From Candidatus Sumerlaeia bacterium (GTDB lineage: Bacteria > Sumerlaeota > Sumerlaeia > SLMS01 > JAHLLQ01): DNA of 64,000 nt. Of the stretch, positions 57,619 through 64,000 are shown piece by piece. The translations under genes were made by a program, and so were the position numbers. Positions within the stretch are counted from its first letter, which is position 1. Every line of letters starts with the position of its first letter. The notes beneath the pieces are model-generated. The model did no database searches, had not been told where the DNA came from, and worked only from the letters and a program-made list of their open reading frames with translations. The stretch covers positions 22,355-86,354 of the forward strand of contig JAHCAW010000010.1 of the NCBI GenBank assembly GCA_019634695.1. Direction: 5' to 3'.

Positions 57619-59675
57619 CCAAGCTACATGTCGAAGTCAAACAAGACCACATCCAGAAGCTGACGTCTTCCGATCCCGTGCGAGCGATCGGTGAGCTGGT
57701 GTGGAACGCGCTGGATGCCGACGCCAGCCGTGTTGATGTGGAGTTTGAAATCGACTACGCCGGGGGCATTGAAGAGGTACGTGTCATCGACAACGGCAGC
57801 GGCATGACGATCGATGACGCCAGGTCAGGGTTCAGCAGCCTGGGTGGCTCATGGAAAGGACACTCCACCTACACGAAGCAGGGTAGACGCATCCTCCATG
57901 GCAAGGAAGGGAAGGGGCGGTTCAAGGCCTTTGCGCTTGGCTCTCCTGTTGAATGGACGACGCGTTTCCAATCCAACGGCCAGGTGAAGTCGTTCCGAAT
58001 CTTGGGCGAACTACCACACCTTCACGAGTTCGACCTGAGTGATCCCGCGCCTGCGGACATCGACAAGACAGGCACCGAAGTCAGAATCCTCAACGTCGCG
58101 GAAGGGCGAAGTGATCTGACAGGAGAGAGTGCGCGGCAGAAGCTGATTCAGCTCCTTGCGCCATACCTCGCGAAGTATCCAGGGATCGACATCTTCTACG
58201 GCGGAACCCGTCTCGATCTTGCCGAGGTGACCGAAGAGTATGAGCCTCTGGATCTCGAACCCGTAACGCTCGATGGCGGCACAACGATCGAGGCTGAACT
58301 GTCGGTGAGGATCTGGACGTTTCCGAACGACCGGAAGATCGCCCTCTGCGACGCGAAGGGCTTCACCTTGGCTGAGGCAACTTCGGGAAGAGGTGTGCGT
58401 GCGCCTGGGTTCAACTTCACCGCATACCTTGCGAGCGACTACTTCGTTGGCTTCCACGAGGCGGGCACCCTCCAGGTCAGCGAGATGTTCAGTGAGGATG
58501 AAGGGATTTGGAAGCTCATAGGCGCAGCCAGAAAGCGACTGAGCGGGTACTTCAGGGAGCGTCTTGCTGCACGAACTGCTGGGCTGGTTGACGAATGGCG
58601 AGCCCAGAAGATCTACCCCTTCAAGGATGAGCCCGCTGACGATGTAGAGAAGGCCGAGCGTCAGGTCTTCGACATCATGGCGCTCAACGTGAACCGGTAC
58701 CTTCCTGACTTCGACGAAATGGAGGTGGAAGCCAAGGGCCTCATTTTCGAGTGCCTGAGGGTTGCCATCGACAGTGGCGAAGAAACCACCAGAAGGCTAC
58801 TGAGCAAGATCACAAAGATTCCCAAGAAGACGCAGGAAGATCTGCTGGAGTTGATCGAGAAGACGGATCTGATTTCTGTCATCGAAGCGACCAAGGAGGT
58901 CTCGTCCCGGTTGGAGTTCCTGGCGGGATTGAGAACAATTCTTTTTGAACCTGAGGTCCGAGATAAGACCAAGGAGCGATCCCAGCTTCACCGCCTCTTA
59001 GCAAAGAACATCTGGGTTTTCGGCGAGCACTTCAACCTCACGGTGGACGATCAGAGCTTGACCGAGGTCCTGAAGCGTCACGAGGAGCTTCTGGGACGAG
59101 AACCCTCTGGCAAGGAAATCAATCGAGCCGATGGACGCCGTGGCATTGTGGATCTGATGCTCTCAGGTTTGGTTTCACCTTCAGATCTGGAACGACGGGA
59201 GCATCTTGTGGTGGAACTGAAGCGCCCGAGCGTGAAGCTGAAGAAGGCGGAGTACGACCAGATCCTCGACTACGCTCTTGCTGTGGTAAAGGACCCGGCA
59301 TTCGCGGGTACGGAGACCACATGGCACTTCTGGCTGATCGGTGACGAAGTTGATGAGTATGTGGAGAGGCGTCGCACCGAAGCCAACCGCCCCAAGGGAG
59401 CGATCTACATGGCGGACTCACCGAAGGTGGTTGTCTGGGCGAAGAACTGGGGAGAGATCATTCATGGATGCGAGACCAGGCTGCGGTTCTTCAAGGACAG
59501 GCTCAAGTACAGCCCGACCAAGGAACAGGGTATGGCCCACCTCTCCAAGGAGTACGCCAAGTACGTACCCCAAGTGGTCCATGACCTGGCTGGTAACGAT
59601 GCGGGACTGGAGGATGTGTCAGGCAGCGGGGACATTGGTGATAATGAGGAACCGGTGGAGCCTAAAGCCCCTTGA
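57615..59675 (+). CDS. GHKL (MORC/paraMORC-like, HATPase_c_3-type) ATPase fused to a C-terminal PD-(D/E)xK nuclease-like domain
   Basis: The Bergerat N-box is IGELVWNALDA and the G1 box is IDNGSGM (57789 onward), followed by HGKEGKGRF. The C-terminal motif is GRRGIVDLML...HLVVELKRPSVKL...QILDY (59151-59222), a D...ExK...Q pattern like DUF4263/Shedu-type nucleases. Confidence 0.75.
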   Translation: MTKLHVEVKQDHIQKLTSSDPVRAIGELVWNALDADASRVDVEFEIDYAGGIEEVRVIDNGSGMTIDDARSGFSSLGGSWKGHSTYTKQGRRILHGKEGKGRFKAFALGSPVEWTTRFQSNGQVKSFRILGELPHLHEFDLSDPAPADIDKTGTEVRILNVAEGRSDLTGESARQKLIQLLAPYLAKYPGIDIFYGGTRLDLAEVTEEYEPLDLEPVTLDGGTTIEAELSVRIWTFPNDRKIALCDAKGFTLAEATSGRGVRAPGFNFTAYLASDYFVGFHEAGTLQVSEMFSEDEGIWKLIGAARKRLSGYFRERLAARTAGLVDEWRAQKIYPFKDEPADDVEKAERQVFDIMALNVNRYLPDFDEMEVEAKGLIFECLRVAIDSGEETTRRLLSKITKIPKKTQEDLLELIEKTDLISVIEATKEVSSRLEFLAGLRTILFEPEVRDKTKERSQLHRLLAKNIWVFGEHFNLTVDDQSLTEVLKRHEELLGREPSGKEINRADGRRGIVDLMLSGLVSPSDLERREHLVVELKRPSVKLKKAEYDQILDYALAVVKDPAFAGTETTWHFWLIGDEVDEYVERRRTEANRPKGAIYMADSPKVVVWAKNWGEIIHGCETRLRFFKDRLKYSPTKEQGMAHLSKEYAKYVPQVVHDLAGNDAGLEDVSGSGDIGDNEEPVEPKAP

Positions 59676-59684
59676 ATCACGTGC

Positions 59685-60026
59685 TCAAACTGACCTGTGT
59701 TCCACGCATCGAGTTCCAACAAACCCAGGGGAAATGATCATCGTCGTACCTAGTTGACCGCAAACCTCGCAGATGCGTTCTGATCGCTTCATGGCTTCTT
59801 CTCGAATGGCGCGGGCCGTGGGGTGGCACTGGTCAGAGAAGTAGATCCTGATCGATCCGAGCTTCTCCTTCGATCTGGTGATGGCGGGTGCGTTGCTGTC
59901 GCGGCAACGCGCCAGCATCTCTGCGAACAAATCGTTCCATCCAGACCTGAATTCGACCCCCGGCCACCGCGGGTTGAAGAGGTAAAGATTTGCAGTCACA
60001 AGTTGTTCGAGTTCTTCGGACGTCAT
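59685..60026 (-). CDS. Small hypothetical protein with a C-terminal Cys pair (zinc-ribbon-like)
   Basis: The 113-aa product contains KEKLGSIRIYF...CEVCG...RCVEH. Its function is unknown. Confidence 0.45.
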   Translation of the reverse strand: MTSEELEQLVTANLYLFNPRWPGVEFRSGWNDLFAEMLARCRDSNAPAITRSKEKLGSIRIYFSDQCHPTARAIREEAMKRSERICEVCGQLGTTMIISPGFVGTRCVEHRSV

Positions 60027-60029
60027 AGC

Positions 60030-60377
60030 TCAGTCCACGTTCATGCTACAGCGAACACTGGTGCAGTTGCGGTCGAACCAGCCCCTGCGCATGACCACCG
60101 CCGACACGAAAGGGTAGCTGGGAGCAACGGGCTCCTCGGTGGGATCATGCACTTCCAGGAGCTTTCCATCATTTGAGATGAGGGCGATCTCGATCTGTGG
60201 CGGCAACGCTGCGATGTCGATGAAGTGGTACCCCACCGAAGGCCAGAAAAAGAGGACACCATGATCCTCGTTCACGTCGTAACTGAGGGCCACCTCCACC
60301 AGGAGGTGACCGGGATAGGCTACCACACGTGCAGGTGCGCCGCCGATGATGACCTCGTGAACACCTGTCCTCTTCAT
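60030..60377 (-). CDS. DUF192-like small protein
   Basis: The product contains HGVLFFWPSVGYHFIDIAALPPQIEIALISNDGKLLEVHD...AVVMRRGWFDRN, which resembles the DUF192 pattern, but the match is weak. It overlaps the integrase stop by 4 nt. Confidence 0.35.
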   Translation of the reverse strand: MKRTGVHEVIIGGAPARVVAYPGHLLVEVALSYDVNEDHGVLFFWPSVGYHFIDIAALPPQIEIALISNDGKLLEVHDPTEEPVAPSYPFVSAVVMRRGWFDRNCTSVRCSMNVD

Positions 60378-61357
60378 AGTACGATCCTCTTGGCTGCATT
60401 TTCCGCAAACACGGTTCCTGCCTGTATGTATGTGCGCAGAATGCGGAGGGATCGATGGCCGGTGCTTCTGGCGATTTCCCGCTCGGACGCCCCAGCCCTC
60501 GCGGCAGCGGTGCAGAATCCAGAGCGCAACGAATGGCCGGAGAATACTTCAGGATCCAATCCAGTAAGACTTGCGCGATCCTTGATAATGCTTGCGACGG
60601 CGTTTCCACTGAGCGCCTTTCCCGTCGGTGTGCCTCCACGACGAAAAGACTGAAATATCGGTCCATCAGTGATTCTTGCGGAGTTCAGGTAAGCAGCCAG
60701 AGCGAGCACTGGACAAGTCTCGGCTTTGTTGCCCATGGGGATCCCAACTTCCCTCCCGTGACCATCAGCGTCTGTTTTGGATTTTCTTATCAGGATCCGA
60801 AGGCCTTCTTCCTCGATATGTACATCACCAACACAAAGTGCAGCCAACTCCGACCTTCTGAATCCGCCCAGAAATCCCACCAGCAAGAGCGCTCGATCTC
60901 TGCGGCCCTTGGGGCTGTTGTCACAGGTGCTGACCAGTCCTCGCAGTTCCGCTACGCCGACAGCCTTTTTCCTTTTCGGCATCGTACCCTTGGTTCGCCG
61001 AATGCCTTTCAGTACATCCCGCACGATTTGGCTCTTTGTCGGCGTTTCCTGTCCCGCGGTCTTGTGGGCTTGGGAGATGGTCGCCAATCGCCTTTCGATC
61101 GTGGCGATGCTGACGCCACGTTCGGCAAGGTCGGTGATGTAGATGGCAAGCGTCGGTCCGTCTGAAGGCAGGCTTGCTCGTCCAGCTTGATCACACCAGG
61201 ACACAAAAAGTCTCCAGTCCGTCTTGTAGGCTCTCTTGGTATTAGCCGCTCTGGACTCCCCAGCATACTCACGTGCACGCTGGACAATCCGCAGAGACGA
61301 CTCCGTCTGCGGGATGGCGGCTGGGAGACTTTCCTGAGGAGCTTCGTCAGAATTCAT
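60374..61357 (-). CDS. Tyrosine recombinase / phage-type integrase
   Basis: An N-terminal SAM-like core-binding domain (AANTKRAYKTDWRLFVSWC) is followed by the catalytic residue contexts GFRRSELAAL, HSLRSGF and HRSLRILRTYI. Confidence 0.85.
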   Translation of the reverse strand: MNSDEAPQESLPAAIPQTESSLRIVQRAREYAGESRAANTKRAYKTDWRLFVSWCDQAGRASLPSDGPTLAIYITDLAERGVSIATIERRLATISQAHKTAGQETPTKSQIVRDVLKGIRRTKGTMPKRKKAVGVAELRGLVSTCDNSPKGRRDRALLLVGFLGGFRRSELAALCVGDVHIEEEGLRILIRKSKTDADGHGREVGIPMGNKAETCPVLALAAYLNSARITDGPIFQSFRRGGTPTGKALSGNAVASIIKDRASLTGLDPEVFSGHSLRSGFCTAAARAGASEREIARSTGHRSLRILRTYIQAGTVFAENAAKRIVL

Positions 61358-61375
61358 GGCCTGGCCTCCGATTAC

Positions 61376-61400
61376 CTGTGATAAGGTTCCATTATCACAG
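61376..61400. promoter_or_regulatory. Perfect 9-bp inverted repeat CTGTGATAA-N7-TTATCACAG between the two recombinase genes
   Basis: It lies 13 nt downstream of the serine recombinase stop (61413) and 19 nt upstream of the tyrosine recombinase ATG (61357). It could be an operator, a terminator stem or a recombination site. Confidence 0.4.
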
Positions 61401-61412
61401 CTTATTATTCAT

Positions 61413-63158
61413 CTAATTACTCGGCTTCCTTGGGCGCGGCTTGCTCGCCCTCTGCTTCGGCATGATTGGCTGGCTCTGTTCCTTCCAGCCTGACCAGGCA
61501 TCCCAGAATTTCCCTGGTTGGCGTGGTAGCATGTGACCGTCACCATTCTTGAAAAAGACGCTCGCAAATCCATGATCCGGATCGCAGTCGACTTCAATCC
61601 GATCGATCAAACGCTCGCACGCTGCGCGGAGCCTTGCACGATCCTCATCTGTTTCGCGCATGCCCGCGGCGAGTTCCTTGAGGTGCCTGCCCTGGTCGGT
61701 TATTGAAGGAGAGAGCTTTCGCTGAGCAGCTTGCTGTTCGAGGACCAGCAGTTCATCGCGAAAAGCCTGAAGCTGGTCCTCCCGATTGGTGATCGAGTCC
61801 ATGAGAAGGTTCCAGCGGCGGTCATTCTGCTCCGTGAGGATACGCGCTCTTGCACGCTCGATCTCGTCCTCGGCGGCGCGGATCTCGTCCTGGAGCGTAG
61901 AGATTCGCGCAGTCTCTTCCTCCGGTGGTTGGGCCTGAGGCATGAGCAGGTTGGGATCGAAGTCTTGAGCGATGTATTGAAGAACGTGTTCCTCAAAATC
62001 GGCTACCCTCCAGAACCGACCATTCGAGCAAGCTTTCGCAGCCCGGCGACGTCTATGGCAGTAGTAGTACCTGTAATGCCAGCGGGCTTCTGGAGCGTTT
62101 CCACCGATGTGCATCGCTCCTCCGCACTGGGCGCACTTCATCAAGCCGATGAACAGGTTGGGGACCAGCCGTCGCCTTCTTCCTCCACCGGTTTTCGGAG
62201 CATTCCTGATCCTCTGCTGAAGGAGTAGCCAGCGGCCCTTGCTGATGACGGCTGGGTAGTAGTCTTCGATCGGCTCGGGAGTCTCGCCATCAACCTTACG
62301 ATTGAAGACGAAGGCACCGTATAGCGCGGGATGAGTGAGAGTAAATTTGACCGAGGAGTCGGACCAGCCGTGGACGCTCTTCATGCCTCCATACACGCCT
62401 TGAAAAGCTGGGACGCCCGCCTTGTTGAGCCGCTTGGCGATGCCGGTCAGGCCAACGCGAGGGAACTCTTCCACAACCACGCCGTCCCCATCCGTTCGAT
62501 TGCCGAGACTCCAGTCCACCATCTTGAGAACCCAGGGGGCCCGTTCCGGATGAAGGTGGCGGGTCCCACTGATGAGCCGGGTGCCTTTTCTCACCACATC
62601 ACGGACCTCGATCCAGCCGGGGACTCTCGTCGTGGCCGTCTCGCCGCTCGCGATGGCTTGGACTTTGGCCTTCCAGTTGTTTCGTGCTCGTCGGGCCTTG
62701 ATCTCACTTTCCTCATGGGCGCGTTGCATCTCCGAAATGAGGCCATGGAGGTCCCAGGGCGACTTCTTGAATCTGTCCCTGGTATAGACTTCTGCCCTGA
62801 CGTGAGAGCCGAGGTCATCCCTCACCACGGCGATTGCGATGGAGGCCTTCACGAGCTGGCTCACGATCTCCAGTGCATCGATTGGCGTCTCGCGGGAAAG
62901 ACGATCAATACTCTCTACCACCAGGACGGTGTCCTTAGGAATCGCTCCGGCTTTGACCTGTGCCAGCAACACACCGAGCTTTCCGCTCTTCACATGGTCG
63001 CCGCGGTACGCTGAAAGCCCCTGATCAACGATCTCTTCAAGCAGCACCAAGCCCTCCTGCTCGCAGTATCGGCGGGCGACGTCTACCTGACGCTCTTGCG
63101 AACTTCCCAGTTTCTGCCGTTTCGAGGAGTAGCGGGTGTAGCTGATGGCGTGCTTCAT
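61413..63158 (-). CDS. Large serine recombinase (integrase)
   Basis: The ATG at 63158 gives MKHAISYTRYSSKRQ, which contains the catalytic Ser. The resolvase domain (VVESIDRLSR), a recombinase domain, a zinc ribbon (CAQCGG...YYYCHRRR) and a coiled coil follow. The gene sits 64 bp from attR. Confidence 0.9.
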   Translation of the reverse strand: MKHAISYTRYSSKRQKLGSSQERQVDVARRYCEQEGLVLLEEIVDQGLSAYRGDHVKSGKLGVLLAQVKAGAIPKDTVLVVESIDRLSRETPIDALEIVSQLVKASIAIAVVRDDLGSHVRAEVYTRDRFKKSPWDLHGLISEMQRAHEESEIKARRARNNWKAKVQAIASGETATTRVPGWIEVRDVVRKGTRLISGTRHLHPERAPWVLKMVDWSLGNRTDGDGVVVEEFPRVGLTGIAKRLNKAGVPAFQGVYGGMKSVHGWSDSSVKFTLTHPALYGAFVFNRKVDGETPEPIEDYYPAVISKGRWLLLQQRIRNAPKTGGGRRRRLVPNLFIGLMKCAQCGGAMHIGGNAPEARWHYRYYYCHRRRRAAKACSNGRFWRVADFEEHVLQYIAQDFDPNLLMPQAQPPEEETARISTLQDEIRAAEDEIERARARILTEQNDRRWNLLMDSITNREDQLQAFRDELLVLEQQAAQRKLSPSITDQGRHLKELAAGMRETDEDRARLRAACERLIDRIEVDCDPDHGFASVFFKNGDGHMLPRQPGKFWDAWSGWKEQSQPIMPKQRASKPRPRKPSN

Positions 63159-63196
63159 CGTGGGTCCATCCCGCCGAGGAACCTGCATGGAGCCGT

Positions 63197-63240
63197 ATTA
63201 TGTGTAAAGGCAAATCAAGGCACGCCGGGCTGCAGCGCTC
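63197..63240. other. attR of the 18.3-kb element (core ACGCCG at 63222-63227)
   Basis: The element arm TGTGTAAAGGCAAATCAAGGC is followed by ACGCCG-GGCTGCAGCGCT, which encodes TPGCSA and resumes bcp in frame. Confidence 0.7.
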
Positions 63241-63569
63241 AGAGTTGCGGTTTCCGGGATACGGGCGTCGAGTTCGCAAAGCTCAACGCCGTGGTGCTCG
63301 GTATCTCAATTCTCGACTCCGCCTCGAAGAAGAAGTTCGCGGACAAGCTCGGGCTCAACTTCCCGTTGCTTGCCGACGAGGAGCACGCCGTCTTGCACAA
63401 GTATGGACTGTGGAAGGAGAAGTCCCTGTACGGCAAGAAATACATGGGCGTCAGCCGCGAAACGTTCCTGATCGATCCCGCCGGCAGGATTGCGATGCAC
63501 TGGCCGAAGGCGAAAGGAAGCGAGGACCATTCGGCTGAAGTTCTCGAGTGGCTCAAGGAACACGTTTGA
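63222..63569 (+). pseudogene. bcp: 3' fragment of bcp (fragment D, from the TPGC active site to the stop)
   Basis: The fragment reads TPGCSAQSCGFRDTGVEFAKLNAVVLGISILDSASKKKFADKLGLNFPLLADEEH...EVLEWLKEHV and is collinear with residues 51-166 of the intact copy. No start codon or N-terminus is attached. Confidence 0.85.
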
Positions 63570-63622
63570 TTCGAACAAAGAATCGCGTCGGCCTTCTGCG
63601 GGCGACGTCTGTGGAACCTATT

Positions 63623-64000
63623 TCAGGGACTCGATTTTCCCCAGGCGAGATGTTTCTCCAGTTCCACAAAGCCATACATCAGCACGCCCAGGCCCGCAGC
63701 GATCAGCAATTCTACCGGGCTCAGTGCAAGAGTGTGGAAGTAGGGCTGAAGCGGCGGCAGGTAAACGACTGCGAGTTGCAGCGATAACACCACTAGCAGC
63801 ATCGAGAGGAGCACGAGGTTCGTGAGTGGGTTCATCAGAAACGCGGACCGGACAAAAGAGCGAACCCCCCAGGCGCGACCTGCTTGCATTGTTGCCAGCG
63901 AAGTAAAGACCATTGTTTGCCAGTTCGGAGCACCAGTCTGGAGCAGGTACACCGCGAGGCCGATCAGGGCAAGGCCCATGAAAGAACCTATAGCGCCGAT
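63623..64000 (-). CDS. P-type cation-transporting ATPase, C-terminal TM region only; the 5' part lies beyond the window
   Basis: The product reads ...GLALIGLAVYLLQTGAPNWQTMVFTSLATMQAGRAWGVRSF...NLVLLSMLLVVLSLQLAVVYLPPLQPYFHT..LSPVELL, which matches the Cation_ATPase_C pattern. The frame is open to the window edge. Confidence 0.7.
   Translation of the reverse strand: MGAIGSFMGLALIGLAVYLLQTGAPNWQTMVFTSLATMQAGRAWGVRSFVRSAFLMNPLTNLVLLSMLLVVLSLQLAVVYLPPLQPYFHTLALSPVELLIAAGLGVLMYGFVELEKHLAWGKSSP

Larger units (their letters stand above)
44924..63221. mobile_element. Integrative element of about 18.3 kb inserted in bcp (serine-recombinase type), carrying a defence-like cargo operon
   Basis: The same ACGCCG hexamer occurs at both junctions (44918-23 and 63222-27). 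bcp codons 1-52 lie to the left and the TPGCS... remainder lies to the right, with no gap or overlap. A large serine recombinase is encoded at the right end, 64 bp from attR, and the GC content is reduced. Confidence 0.75.
43708..64000. mobile_element. Candidate outer integrated element (E1), with its right end beyond the window
   Basis: Fragment A ends in a junction, GCGCCG-AGTCTTGACTACACA, that resembles the inner element's attL, ACGCCG-TCTTTTGGTCTTACACA. GC content stays reduced through to position 64000. The right boundary was not observed. Confidence 0.3.

Noticed and set aside
59685-60377. Two small adjacent minus-strand genes, considered as a toxin-antitoxin pair
   Set aside because: Neither product shows a recognisable toxin or antitoxin motif. 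One resembles DUF192 and the other has only a Cys pair. The evidence is insufficient.
61376-61400. TGTGA...TCACA within the inverted repeat, considered as a CRP/FNR-type site
   Set aside because: The half-sites are separated by 13 nt, not the 6 nt required for CRP-family sites. It is kept only as a generic inverted repeat.
63586-63607. Imperfect hairpin between bcp fragment D and the P-type ATPase gene, considered as a terminator
   Set aside because: It is a 7-bp stem with a bulge and has no U-tract on either strand, which is too weak to call.
1-64000. Search for tRNA, rRNA, tmRNA and CRISPR arrays, which are typical integration targets and immunity loci
   Set aside because: Reading both strands, I found no T-loop/acceptor-like GGTTCGAATCC-type sequences and no regularly spaced direct repeats. 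The element's target is a protein-coding gene (bcp) instead. A tRNAscan/Infernal run would be needed for certainty.

Overview
The window has two parts. Positions 1 to about 42.3 kb are high-GC chromosomal DNA (hand-counted lines are about 65-70% GC). This part has an IS66-family end at the left edge that truncates a nucleotidyltransferase-like gene. It also carries housekeeping and envelope genes: a Na/Pi cotransporter, a YhaM-like-PilZ-metallophosphoesterase operon, a B12-radical SAM gene, pullulanase plus a frameshifted GT4 glycosyltransferase, xseB-dxs, a cdaA-cdaR operon fused to a binding-protein/histidine-kinase pair, an RlmD-like methyltransferase, GGDEF, an amidase and a Vat-like acetyltransferase. 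Three very large secreted proteins are present: a tail-fibre-like protein, a protein with about a dozen carboxypeptidase-regulatory-like repeats, and a 1,915-aa S8 protease with beta-helix and dockerin-like domains. From about 42.4 kb to the right edge the GC content drops (hand-counted lines are 42-58%). Four copies or fragments of a bcp peroxiredoxin gene mark what looks like nested site-specific integration. The best-supported element is about 18.3 kb (44,924-63,221). It is bounded by a 6-bp ACGCCG core inside the bcp TPGC codons and carries a large serine recombinase, a tyrosine recombinase, a HUH Rep/relaxase-like gene, its own intact bcp and a cargo operon. The cargo (47.3-59.7 kb) is the most interesting feature. 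It is a translationally coupled operon encoding an HTH protein, a PLD-SNF2 translocase (frameshifted near its 3' end), a 1,305-aa PglX/Eco57I-type N6-adenine methyltransferase, an SMC/ABC-like ATPase, an orphan protein and a GHKL ATPase fused to a PD-(D/E)xK nuclease-like domain. This combination does not match canonical BREX, DISARM or type I-III R-M gene sets. I found no tRNA, rRNA or CRISPR array. Many long ORFs in the track are antisense shadows typical of high-GC DNA and were rejected.
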